From assembly GCA_002507175.1 (NCBI GenBank), contig DAZE01000021.1:26695-90694 (forward strand): 64,000 nt of DNA, given 5' to 3'. A model generated the notes under the pieces. It saw only the letters and a program-made list of their open reading frames with translations, was not told where the DNA came from and ran no database searches. Shown one piece after another: positions 1-8,838 of the stretch (positions are counted from its first letter, which is position 1; each line of letters starts with the position of its first letter). The translations under genes and the position numbers were made by a program. This stretch comes from Euryarchaeota archaeon UBA558 (GTDB lineage: Archaea > Thermoplasmatota > Poseidoniia > Poseidoniales > Thalassarchaeaceae).

Positions 1-107
1 GCGTTCGGAAAATCTTCACTTCCACCTCCCTTCGCATACCCTCTGGTGTGGACACTCACGAATATCATCTCCGGTGAGGTGAAAAGGGAAAGGTTCTCCG
101 GCCCAAC

Positions 108-518
108 ATGGGAGCATTCGACTACGAGTCCCTCTTAGATAGGGCTCGCGACCTCATACCGAAAGACATCAGTGAGAGAGCAAGGTGGACAATGCCTGAG
201 CCTGAGATTCTGTTGGAGGGGAACCAAACAATACTCCGAAACTTTTCTTCCATAGTCGACTCCATGGACAGAGATCCAAATCATGTTTACCAATTTTTGA
301 TAAATGAACTTGGCACATCCGGCACACAAGAAAACACAAGGATATTGTTGAAAGGAAGGGTCCCTCCAAAGAGGATCAAGGAGAAAATCGTCGCTTACGT
401 CAAAAACTACATTCTATGTGATCAATGTCGGGCGCCCGATACCCGCTTCATCAAAGAGGATAGGACAACTCTACTGAAATGTCAAGCCTGTGGGGCGACT
501 CGGCCTGTGAGGTTGTAG
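108..518 (+). CDS. eif2b: translation initiation factor aIF-2 beta subunit
   Basis: 136-aa ORF with a central ELGT.G motif and a C-terminal C4 zinc ribbon (CDQC...CQAC). Length and layout are typical of archaeal aIF2-beta. Confidence 0.9.
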   Translation: MGAFDYESLLDRARDLIPKDISERARWTMPEPEILLEGNQTILRNFSSIVDSMDRDPNHVYQFLINELGTSGTQENTRILLKGRVPPKRIKEKIVAYVKNYILCDQCRAPDTRFIKEDRTTLLKCQACGATRPVRL

Positions 519-1474
519 GCTCTTTGTTTCAGGTCATTTTGGTACCTCAGTCCTAGTGTGTCGCAATTCTCTACGACCCAATTTGAAAATCTTGTCTGTC
601 CGTTTGGCGTCTCGTCAGAGGACATTAGCCCCTGCATGAGTCCATTTATTTCAGCCATAGTAATGACGTCGTCTCGTAATATCGTCCCCAATACCTTGCC
701 AACTAGCCATCCAAACCTCGGTGGTATTGGGACGATCATTCTTGTAATCCCCAATGCATTTTTGATAGCTAGGACGAATTCTCTGTAGGAGTAAATCTCA
801 GGACCAGCGACGTCAATGACATTGTTGTGACACTCTTGACCGGATTCAATGGCTATCTTAGCCACATCTTGGATGTGAACTGGTTGGACGGGGTAGGATC
901 CGTCCCCGAAGACCCCGAATATTGGGGCGTTCCTTAACAACCATGCTATGTTGTTGACCAATACGTTCCGGCTTCCTCCGAAAAAAAGGGTCGGTCTCAA
1001 TATCGTGTAGTTTAGTCCTGATTCGATCAGGCAGGTTTCTGTTTCGGACTTTCCGATAAAATAGGGCCAATCTGGAGCATTATGTGGCTTTGAGACGCTG
1101 AAATGAACGACCTTCTTCACACCGGCCTTGTGTGCCGCTTCAAATAACTTCATTGAATTCTTTGTCGCGGTAGAATGATCATATCCCCCGCTCCTCTTCT
1201 TGTACCTAACCCAATAGGTATTGTAGAGCACATCTGCATTCGACAGTGAGCGAACAAGGCCCTCACTGTCATCAAAGTCCAAGGGATCTATCTGTAGATC
1301 ATCCCCGAATGGATTATGCCTCCCCTTGGCGTTTGTCAAAGTCCTTACACTCGCTCCACTATCGATCAGATTTCTCGCTATCCACCTACCAGAATATCCA
1401 AGGGCTCCTGTGACAACGTGAATCCCATCAACCATGCGTTGCGAAAGTCCACCAACAACAAAAATCCTGTCCAT
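482..1474 (-). CDS. NAD(P)-binding atypical SDR (NmrA/NDUFA9-like epimerase/dehydratase family)
   Basis: 330-aa ORF with the N-terminal Rossmann motif VVTGALGYSGRWIARNL. An alternative ATG at 1435 (M14) gives a more typical N-terminus. The 3' end overlaps eif2b convergently by 37 nt. Confidence 0.7.
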   Translation of the reverse strand: MDRIFVVGGLSQRMVDGIHVVTGALGYSGRWIARNLIDSGASVRTLTNAKGRHNPFGDDLQIDPLDFDDSEGLVRSLSNADVLYNTYWVRYKKRSGGYDHSTATKNSMKLFEAAHKAGVKKVVHFSVSKPHNAPDWPYFIGKSETETCLIESGLNYTILRPTLFFGGSRNVLVNNIAWLLRNAPIFGVFGDGSYPVQPVHIQDVAKIAIESGQECHNNVIDVAGPEIYSYREFVLAIKNALGITRMIVPIPPRFGWLVGKVLGTILRDDVITMAEINGLMQGLMSSDETPNGQTRFSNWVVENCDTLGLRYQNDLKQRAYNLTGRVAPQA

Positions 1475-1518
1475 TGGCGCTCAGTAGAGTTCAAGTCCAA
1501 CCCACATCAGAAGTCAAC

Positions 1519-3000
1519 ATGCATCCACGAAAGATCGCGATCGGTTTTGCAATATTGGTGGTTTTGATGCCAATTTCTGGTTGCCTTCAAAACACCCAGG
1601 GAATGTCCGAGCCAACATCAATTATCGAAATTGAGGGAGTATTTGTCACAGGGCCGGATGGTTTGCCCGTTGATTCGAAGCCATTGGATTTGATATTCAA
1701 CCTGAGCGACGTAGGCGAAGATGGAGCTGAACCTAGTATTGGGGTGACATCATCCGGATGCATATTCTTCATAGCATTCGAGAAAGTCATGAGGTCATGC
1801 GATTACGGCGAAACCTGGGAGAATGTCGCGGGCCCGATGTGCGCATTCCAGACGAATGACCCTTGGGGATGGGTAGACCCGGCTACGGATAGGATATTCA
1901 ATGTCCAGATGCAAGGGCTGGAAACCTCTTGGATCTGTTGGAGCGATGATGATGGCGAAACCTGGATAGGAAATCCCCATGATTCGGGTACTACCCCTAT
2001 TAATGACCACATTAAGTTAGCAACTGGACCTTGGACCTCAAGCGGATATGGGGCCGTAGGTCAGATATCACAGTCATTTTACGACCAAGCGGTCTACTAC
2101 TGCTACAACAAACTCGCTGGAATATTTTGTTTCACAAGTTTCGACGGAGGCGCCTCATTTGAGGCAGGTGGCCAAGTGATAGGACTTGCCACGACGGATG
2201 GAGGGCTTCACGGAGCCATAACTTCCGCCCCAGACGGGACTGTTTACGTCACTCCAAGGGTCGAAAATCCGACAGTAATAATATCCAAGGACAACGGTTT
2301 CACTTGGTTCGCTGAGACAATGGGGGAGGATGCGGGCACACCCTACCCGCGAAAAAATTCTGAGGTAGCCACAGACACCCAGTCCAATGCATATCACATA
2401 TGGACGGGGGCGGATGAAGGCGTATACATGTCCAGAAGCACAGACTCCGGCATCACTTGGGAACAAACCAGCACGAGAATCAGCCCTGTGGAAATCATTT
2501 CCTCTGTTTTCCCACAGGTAGACGCAGGAGACCCTGGCAGGATTGCGATTACATACCTTGGTAGCGAGGACTCATCACAAATCGGCGAACCCAATCTTGA
2601 TGGCGACCCCTGGGACGGGAACGCACATTATGCAAATTCCAATGTGACATACGATCTTTATGTCACATACAGCCTAAATGCGCTGGACCCCAATCCAATC
2701 TTCTACACCTACAAGGTCACCTCAGACCCCGTACAAATCGGTAGTATCTGCTTGAATAGTGGTGACTGCAGAGACATTGGCGGTTCGAACAGAAACCTGT
2801 TGGATTTCAACGACCTGCACATTGACCGAGATGGACGAGTTTTCATTGCATTCGCAGATGGGTGTACTGGAACATGCGCCTCTGGGAATGCTTCGACCCC
2901 TGAGGACTCTAGAAGTAGAAGGGGCATAATGGCTTACCTCAGCTCTGGGCCTAGTTTATACATACACAATGGTATTTTGGGCGATGTAATAGACGCATAA
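1519..3000 (+). CDS. secreted BNR/Asp-box repeat protein (sialidase-like beta-propeller), putative lipoprotein
   Basis: Four canonical Asp-boxes S-x-D-x-G-x-T-W (SCDYGETW, SDDDGETW, SKDNGFTW, STDSGITW) plus one degenerate (SFDGGASF). The ATG at 1519 gives the signal MHPRKIAIGFAILVVLMPISGC with a lipobox-like ISGC. The track start at 1474 is TTG. Confidence 0.75.
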   Translation: MHPRKIAIGFAILVVLMPISGCLQNTQGMSEPTSIIEIEGVFVTGPDGLPVDSKPLDLIFNLSDVGEDGAEPSIGVTSSGCIFFIAFEKVMRSCDYGETWENVAGPMCAFQTNDPWGWVDPATDRIFNVQMQGLETSWICWSDDDGETWIGNPHDSGTTPINDHIKLATGPWTSSGYGAVGQISQSFYDQAVYYCYNKLAGIFCFTSFDGGASFEAGGQVIGLATTDGGLHGAITSAPDGTVYVTPRVENPTVIISKDNGFTWFAETMGEDAGTPYPRKNSEVATDTQSNAYHIWTGADEGVYMSRSTDSGITWEQTSTRISPVEIISSVFPQVDAGDPGRIAITYLGSEDSSQIGEPNLDGDPWDGNAHYANSNVTYDLYVTYSLNALDPNPIFYTYKVTSDPVQIGSICLNSGDCRDIGGSNRNLLDFNDLHIDRDGRVFIAFADGCTGTCASGNASTPEDSRSRRGIMAYLSSGPSLYIHNGILGDVIDA

Positions 3001-3014
3001 AGGAAAATAATTCA

Positions 3015-3020
3015 TTTTTT
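3015..3020 (+). terminator. oligo-T tract (T6) 15 nt after the stop of the BNR gene
   Basis: TTTTTT lies directly downstream of the TAA at 2998-3000. Archaeal RNA polymerase terminates at oligo-T runs. Confidence 0.35.
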
Positions 3021-3064
3021 AGGTGAACCTAAAAATTTATGTCTATTCTGACCTTCGGAGCATC

Positions 3065-4123
3065 ATGAACGCAATGAGTATTGTCTCATGGGCTGCTGCT
3101 AACAAGGCTCTTTCACTGGTATTTATGCTACTAATGAGCGGAGGCTTCTATCTCCTAATTTACGAGCCAGACTACTCTGATTGTGAACAGGATAAGAGGT
3201 GTTTAACGATAGCGTATCAAGTACAGGAAGACTACCAGGTATGGGACACCAATCCCCAGCAATTGGCGGATAAATTGAGCTCGATCATGGGCGATGATTG
3301 GGATGTTGAGATATACCCAGTTTCCGATTCTGGGCCACTAATCGAGGCAATCGACAAAGGCAATGCGGACATAGGATTTGTTGACGGTGCTGCCGCTTGG
3401 CTTGCTTGGGAGGTGTACGACTTGGACGTACTAGCCGCAGAAACAAAATCTGACGGAAGAACCTACTACAATGCAGCTGCCTGGGTCAGGGCTGATTCTG
3501 ACATGGCAGCCGCTTACTTGGATGACGATCCAAATACTGATCCATTCGCCTTGATGGAAGGTAAGAAATCATGCCACACCGGTTGGCTGAAATCGGCGGG
3601 CATGCTCATACCAATGGGGTACCTAATCGGAAATGGTTACGCCGAAGTGATAGGAGATCCGACGGAGATCGACTCGCTGGAAGCCACGGTCCACGGTTTC
3701 TTTTCGGAAGACTCCAGCATACCTAGGGGTAGTTCGCCATACTCATCCTACAAAGGAGCGATGAGATGCATGATGGAAGGGGCAGGCGATATCGCATTGA
3801 TAAAAGACACAGTTTACGATTCGTATTGCACAGGCAGCGACGCCTACGACTGGTGTCTGGATAGAGACGAAGTAGTCATGCTCGAGCCTTTCGGCCAAGC
3901 CCCAAGCCACCCAGCTCTGTATAACCCTGAGAACATGGATTTGGAGACCGTATCTCTGGTGCAAGATGCGTTGGGAGCCCTCAATGAGGATCAAGAGGGT
4001 GCTGACATTCTCTGGGATCTTTTGTATACTAAAGACATGATCCCGACTAATGCAGAGGACCACCTTGGGACTTATGGGGCGGCAGTATCGAACGTTCCGG
4101 GTATTCAAGCATACTTTGGGTGA
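3065..4123 (+). CDS. transferrin-family (single-lobe) protein, membrane/signal-anchored
   Basis: Several motifs match serotransferrin N-lobe motifs recalled from memory. [20 protein letters not shown] matches IRAIAANEADAVTLDAGLV, and TYYNAAAWV matches [30 protein letters not shown] matches [42 protein letters not shown] matches [20 protein letters not shown], and APSHPAL matches VPSHTVV. The ATG at 3065 precedes a hydrophobic anchor ([19 protein letters not shown]). The track start at 3023 is GTG. Confidence 0.7.
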   Translation: [352 protein letters not shown]

Positions 4124-4142
4124 GTCATTGATCCATAAGGCC

Positions 4143-5306
4143 ATGTCATTACTCATCTGCTCAATTCTTCTGAGTTCGATGGGGTGCCTGTCAAACGACG
4201 ACGATGGCTTCGATTGGCCGGATCCAACCAACTTTGAGTGTAGTATGGCGTTTGAGGAACTGAAATGCACAGATTACATTCAAGGGACAGAGACTCCCCA
4301 TCACTCAGTCATTAATCCGCTCAATGGGGAGGTTTGGATAGTTTATCTCAATGGATTCGTCAAGTCATGGGACGGTGAGGATCTGAACTGGGTTGCTGAC
4401 CTTAGTGAGATTGTGAATCGTTGTCACATGGAACAAGGTCTCTTAGGATTAGATTTAGAATCAGACTTTGAAAACACCAAGACCGTCTTGGTCTCATTCA
4501 TCGAAGAGGGTAGATGCGAAGGTGCCAACCAGTCTGACCTAATTCTAGCAAGTATGCAGCTTAACGAATATGGACTTCTAGATTTGGATTCACTCACTGT
4601 TCTGAAGAGAATTTCCCAACCCTATAGAAATCACAATGGGGGGCATCTCCTCAACACAGGCGACAATAAATTCCTGTGGGGAATAGGTGATGGCGGTAGT
4701 GCACACGACCCTCTGCTGAATGGCCAGAATTCATCCAATCCCCTTGGCAGCATTTACTACTTCTCATATGCGAACAACACGATCGCCCCTGTGATGGAGG
4801 ACCAAGGTGGCGACCCCTTTGTTCTTCACTATGGGGTAAGAAATCCTTGGCGATTTGACCTAGATCCTAATGGTGGTTTGTGGATAGCCGATGTTGGCCA
4901 AGCTTGTTGGGAAGAGGTTAATTTGGTAAATCTGACAGAAAGGGCAAATCTAGGTTGGTCCGACAGGGAAGGTTTCCATGAATTTGATCAAAGTGGCATC
5001 TGTGAAAATACTGACTCAGACGATATAGGAGAATATGTGGATCCAGTACTGGCCTACGCTCATGAAAACGGCAATTGCTCGATAACTGGGGGGTATTGGA
5101 TGGATTGGGGGCCAGACTCTCTGAGAGGAGGTTACCTGTATGGCGACTTCTGCTCTGGTTCCATGTGGGTAATTCGCGAGGAATCCGGCACTTGGATCGA
5201 GCATTATGTCGGTGCAAGTGGGGGAATGATTGTCGGATTCGGCCAATCTGGTGATGGTAATTTAGTGGTTTTTCACTGGATGGGCGATTCAGTGGTAATC
5301 TCATAG
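4143..5306 (+). CDS. PQQ-dependent sugar (glucose/sorbosone) dehydrogenase-like beta-propeller, putative lipoprotein
   Basis: Motifs YRNHNGGHL, GIGDGGSAHDP, GVRNPWRFDLDPNGGLWIADVGQACWEEVN, NLGWSDREG and SITGGYWM are typical of the soluble GDH family (COG2133). The ATG at 4143 gives MSLLICSILLSSMGC with a lipobox-like SMGC. The longer track start at 4050 overlaps the upstream gene. Confidence 0.8.
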   Translation: MSLLICSILLSSMGCLSNDDDGFDWPDPTNFECSMAFEELKCTDYIQGTETPHHSVINPLNGEVWIVYLNGFVKSWDGEDLNWVADLSEIVNRCHMEQGLLGLDLESDFENTKTVLVSFIEEGRCEGANQSDLILASMQLNEYGLLDLDSLTVLKRISQPYRNHNGGHLLNTGDNKFLWGIGDGGSAHDPLLNGQNSSNPLGSIYYFSYANNTIAPVMEDQGGDPFVLHYGVRNPWRFDLDPNGGLWIADVGQACWEEVNLVNLTERANLGWSDREGFHEFDQSGICENTDSDDIGEYVDPVLAYAHENGNCSITGGYWMDWGPDSLRGGYLYGDFCSGSMWVIREESGTWIEHYVGASGGMIVGFGQSGDGNLVVFHWMGDSVVIS

Positions 5307-5308
5307 TG

Positions 5309-5881
5309 TCATGGAAGGTAAGTCCTGAAATCCTCAACATCAAGCTTCTCTTTCTCTGGTAATGTCTCGGGATATCCTGCCTTCAAGAAACCAACAATTT
5401 GCTCTCTGTCCTTTGGAATGCCCAGTGCCTCATATGTCGAATCTGCCCTGGTAATCGCCCCTGTGGACCATTGAGTGCCTATTCCATTTCCCCAAAGAGA
5501 AAGGCAAAAGTTCTGAATCGAGCAAGCAGTGGCAGCATAATCCTCCATCTCTCTGAAACTATCGGACGGAGTCAGTGCTGAGGATACTGCTATCAACACC
5601 GGGGGGGACATAATTTTCGATACGGCCCGTTTCAATCCAGACTCTATATCATTGACTGATTGGCCCAACATTTTCGACCTGGATAGCCTTTCAACCTCAG
5701 GCAAAAGCAAGGTTCTCGCGCTTACACCAAGAACATAATACCTCCAGGGGTTGGTTTTTTTGTGGTTTGGCGCGTGCATAGCGGCCTTGAATGCAACGTC
5801 CAAGATTGAATTTTCAACCTCATCTTCTTTGAAGCGGTATACAGTACGTCGAGATAGGAGTGCTTCCTGAATCCCAGTCAT
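5309..5881 (-). CDS. nitroreductase-family flavoprotein
   Basis: 190 aa with N-terminal RRTVYRFKEDEV and APNHKKTNPWRYYV motifs characteristic of the NfnB/nitroreductase fold. Confidence 0.75.
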   Translation of the reverse strand: MTGIQEALLSRRTVYRFKEDEVENSILDVAFKAAMHAPNHKKTNPWRYYVLGVSARTLLLPEVERLSRSKMLGQSVNDIESGLKRAVSKIMSPPVLIAVSSALTPSDSFREMEDYAATACSIQNFCLSLWGNGIGTQWSTGAITRADSTYEALGIPKDREQIVGFLKAGYPETLPEKEKLDVEDFRTYLP

Positions 5882-5891
5882 ACAAGGCCCT

Positions 5892-6218
5892 CTACAATTG
5901 ATCTATCTTCGCGGCAAGTATGAAATCAGATTCCACGAGCCCATTGATCTTGTGTGTGTAAATCTTCACAATAACCCGGCCCCAACCAAGTTCAAAGTCT
6001 GCATGATGTCCCTCTTCCTCGCAAATTTGGCCTGCAGAGTTTACGAACTCCAAGGCCTTGGAAAAATCAGGAAAAGCCCATGCTTTCCTTAGGTGATGAT
6101 CATCGATGACTTGCCAACCTGGGTCAATTTTCGGGATCATTCCCGCAATTTGGTCTTTGTTCATGGGCGGAACTCCCCCTTGGCAGGGAACACATTTCTT
6201 CTGATTTAATTCACTCAT
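5892..6218 (-). CDS. pterin-4-alpha-carbinolamine dehydratase
   Basis: Carries the motifs W...HHLRKAWAFPDFSKALEFVN...EEEGHHADFELGWGRVIVKIYTHKINGLVESDFILAAKID, matching the PCD/DCoH family. The internal ATG (M13, at 6218) avoids overlap with the upstream gene, while the track ORF extends to 6254. Confidence 0.85.
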   Translation of the reverse strand: MSELNQKKCVPCQGGVPPMNKDQIAGMIPKIDPGWQVIDDHHLRKAWAFPDFSKALEFVNSAGQICEEEGHHADFELGWGRVIVKIYTHKINGLVESDFILAAKIDQL

Positions 6219-6222
6219 TGCC

Positions 6223-6687
6223 TCACCCCCACACATGCGAGTCATCATGTCCATCTGCCTTTCTTTCGGCTTGCTCGCTCACGCTTGTCCTTCTCCGCAT
6301 GTCCTCTCGCTCAAAGAAAAGTAGCTCATCATCGTCGATATATTGGGGGCGCATGTGTGCGACTAGTTTTATCTCGACGATAACGTCTCTGGAGAACGAT
6401 CGAAAGTCGCCGTTCTCGTCTAGAATGTCGATGGAACTTCGGCCTGTGGAAATTAACATGCCCTTAATCACGTTTGGCTGATCGGTTCTAACCGATCTGG
6501 CGTCTATAACCATCTCGACTATGTCGTCTTTCCTTAGCCCAGACTTTCGCCCAATCAAAGGGCCAACATACACATCGCCGTGCATTGATAGGTCGGGAGA
6601 TCCATATGATGAGTATAGGTCAATTGCCCAGTCCGGAATTCCCCGATTCCCATTGCCATCCGTGGTAGGCATATGCCTCCCCGACAA
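6223..6687 (-). CDS. hypothetical protein (acidic C-terminus)
   Basis: 154-aa ORF tightly packed upstream of the PCD gene on the same strand. No family recognised. Confidence 0.5.
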   Translation of the reverse strand: MSGRHMPTTDGNGNRGIPDWAIDLYSSYGSPDLSMHGDVYVGPLIGRKSGLRKDDIVEMVIDARSVRTDQPNVIKGMLISTGRSSIDILDENGDFRSFSRDVIVEIKLVAHMRPQYIDDDELLFFEREDMRRRTSVSEQAERKADGHDDSHVWG

Positions 6688-6777
6688 TCTCCATAAATAA
6701 GGAAGACGGAATTGAGGTTAAAATCAACCAATGCAATTCAATACCAATGCCTATCCAGGACATGTTGGGCTGGAATC

Positions 6778-7833
6778 ATGGCTACTGCTGAATGGCGACG
6801 TATCCCAACAGTGTTGCTCCCTCAGGAAATCATAGACAAATCGTTTCGACGTGCAAGTAAAATGTCTGGCCTAGTAGATGACCCCGACAAATACCACAGA
6901 GTAAGAAAACAAATGAACAGGATGGTACAGTCATCCTCTGATACCATAGCAACCACTCTATTGGATTGGGTTGCCAGATGGCCGAGTCTGAACTCACTCT
7001 CGGAATTCGATCAGGCCTTAATCGACGCATCAGTAGGGGCTGACGATTACAGGAAGAATTTGGGCGCAATACAATGGGGGGCCGAACAAATAAGAAAAAT
7101 ATCAGGCAGGATACAGTCCGAGATGCTAAGAATCAGAAAAATAGAAGATTTTCACAGTAGTAGAAGAGCGGCATATGGTAGGTTTGCATCCGTTCTCGAC
7201 CAATTGAACCCAGAGCTTGAGTGGTTGAATAGGGCCAGAGATGTGCTTCGTGAGCTGCCCTCGATCGATGCGGGCGATCCATGCATAGTTGTCGCAGGCT
7301 CGCCCAACGTCGGAAAATCTGCTCTAATAACAGCACTATCAACCGGAGAACCAGAAGTCGCAGCCTACCCATTTACCACCAAAAGGCTACATTTGGGCCA
7401 TTTTATCCATAGAAGAAGGAAGTACCAGATGGTGGATACACCAGGTTTACTAGACCGTCCGAATAATGAGCGTAATCAGATAGAGATGCAGGCGATTGCT
7501 GCCTTGGAGAACGTGGGGGACATCGTCCTCTTCCTCATTGACCCCTCAGAGTCCGGTGGGACTCCACTTCAAGAACAAACGAGCCTATTGAGGGAGGTCA
7601 AGGATCTGATCAGTGCGAGGAAAATAATCCTAGTCCATTCGAAGTCAGATCTAGATTCGAAAGAAAGCATTCCTGGGGCTATTATGGTAAGTTCGACAAA
7701 ATCAACTGGTTTAGAGGAATTACGGGAGAAAGTTGTCCATGAGATCGCAGCCGATGCGATAGTTGACCCACTCCAGCTTCCCGAGGGTTGGCACAGAGAA
7801 GACACAGAGATCAAAGAACACTCACTTGACTAA
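6778..7833 (+). CDS. NOG1-family GTP-binding protein (archaeal ribosome-biogenesis GTPase)
   Basis: Has G1 GSPNVGKSALI, G3 DTPGLLDRP and G4 SKSD motifs plus an N-terminal helical NOG1-like region. The ATG at 6778 is preferred over the TTG at 6712. Confidence 0.8.
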   Translation: MATAEWRRIPTVLLPQEIIDKSFRRASKMSGLVDDPDKYHRVRKQMNRMVQSSSDTIATTLLDWVARWPSLNSLSEFDQALIDASVGADDYRKNLGAIQWGAEQIRKISGRIQSEMLRIRKIEDFHSSRRAAYGRFASVLDQLNPELEWLNRARDVLRELPSIDAGDPCIVVAGSPNVGKSALITALSTGEPEVAAYPFTTKRLHLGHFIHRRRKYQMVDTPGLLDRPNNERNQIEMQAIAALENVGDIVLFLIDPSESGGTPLQEQTSLLREVKDLISARKIILVHSKSDLDSKESIPGAIMVSSTKSTGLEELREKVVHEIAADAIVDPLQLPEGWHREDTEIKEHSLD

Positions 7834-7941
7834 CCAATTATGGCCACAAACCTTGCAGTACAGATAGAATCCCCCGTAAGATCTCGGTAGACCCTCTACC
7901 TCCACGGGAGTATTGCAATTGGCACATATCTGGGATTCCAT
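7822..7941 (-). CDS. candidate 39-aa zinc-ribbon small protein (not in the ORF track)
   Basis: My manual minus-strand translation reads MESQICANCNTPVEVEGLPRSYGGFYLYCKVCGHNWLVK, with CxxC...CxxC spacing. It fills an otherwise empty 150-nt gap and overlaps the NOG1 3' end by 12 nt. Confidence 0.3.
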   Translation of the reverse strand: MESQICANCNTPVEVEGLPRSYGGFYLYCKVCGHNWLVK

Positions 7942-7985
7942 GATAGTCTGACAACATTGGGGTTATTCAATAAGACCCTTGATTT

Positions 7986-8570
7986 TTACCCATTTTGAAA
8001 CCTTTTCCATAGCACCTCAACGGGATAGATCATTTCGATAGCGCAAATCAAAAGTACCATGCCGATCACGATGAATATCAATTCCAACACCGGTGCTATT
8101 GCTATCTCTGTTTGGATTGTGACCAGCTGATCATCAAGATCTGCCCCTTCTTTCCCCGCGGAAACGAATCTGTATGAGCCCGGCTCCAAATCCAATGTGA
8201 AATCACCGTTCGATTCAGGCCCCCCAGAAATGTATTGAAAATCGTTCTTGTTGCAGGGTGTAAGGCCATCTCCATCCGGTGGACAGCTTTCGGCGTAAAC
8301 AGAATCTACAACCCCTATCCAACTCTTCGATGGCTCACTCCAGTCGACGGCCATTTTGACGTCAAGCAACGCAAAACCTCCCGGGACATCAAGGTCTGAC
8401 CCAGTCATTCCGACCAGACACCCCTCATCTGAAACATCGTTGCAGGGTACGACTGGGATCTGAACTCGTTCCGAATCCAAACTGATGCCGATGGTGCTGA
8501 TCCCCCCAATGAGAAGGCAAACCACGCCAACTGCCCCGGGCAAGATGGAGAGTATGCGCATGACTCGCAT
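7986..8570 (-). CDS. hypothetical bitopic surface protein (N- and C-terminal TM segments)
   Basis: 194 aa with the N-terminal hydrophobic LSILPGAVGVVCLLIGGIS, an acidic Cys-containing ectodomain and the C-terminal TM PVLELIFIVIGMVLLICAI. Confidence 0.6.
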   Translation of the reverse strand: MRVMRILSILPGAVGVVCLLIGGISTIGISLDSERVQIPVVPCNDVSDEGCLVGMTGSDLDVPGGFALLDVKMAVDWSEPSKSWIGVVDSVYAESCPPDGDGLTPCNKNDFQYISGGPESNGDFTLDLEPGSYRFVSAGKEGADLDDQLVTIQTEIAIAPVLELIFIVIGMVLLICAIEMIYPVEVLWKRFQNG

Positions 8571-8607
8571 GGGCCTGTGTGAGGGACAACTAAAATGACG
8601 CTTCCGC

Positions 8608-8838
8608 CTAAACTGCGGATAAAAACGCCAGAACCAATGCTATAGCTGGGAAGAGGTAGAGCATAACAGTAAATCGTTTTCTGGATGCTTCCCGCTTCGA
8701 CTGGGTGATGGCACACTTCTCTTCCCTGCAAATGGCAGGATCCCTGTCAAGGGGGATTGGAGTCCAACAGACTGTGCAGTGACGATGTGGCGTCATAGAA
8801 GTTCGACTGCCTTTGTTTTGAGCCATTCTAATCACCAT
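8608..8838 (-). CDS. small zinc-ribbon membrane protein (DUF2116-like)
   Basis: 76 aa with HCTVC...C.EEKC cysteines followed by a basic stretch and the C-terminal TM MLYLFPAIALVLAFLSAV. Internal ATGs are possible starts. Confidence 0.5.
   Translation of the reverse strand: MVIRMAQNKGSRTSMTPHRHCTVCWTPIPLDRDPAICREEKCAITQSKREASRKRFTVMLYLFPAIALVLAFLSAV

Noticed and set aside
1-137. Frame +1 is open from the window edge to a TAG at about 135-137 (AFGKSSLPPPFAYPLVW...), possibly the 3' end of an upstream gene overlapping eif2b
   Set aside because: It has no start in the window and no recognisable motif, and it would overlap the eif2b start by about 30 nt. It cannot be supported from 45 codons.
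3743-4270. 175-aa minus-strand ORF spanning the junction of the transferrin-like and dehydrogenase genes
   Set aside because: It is antisense to two well-supported plus-strand genes and has no motifs.
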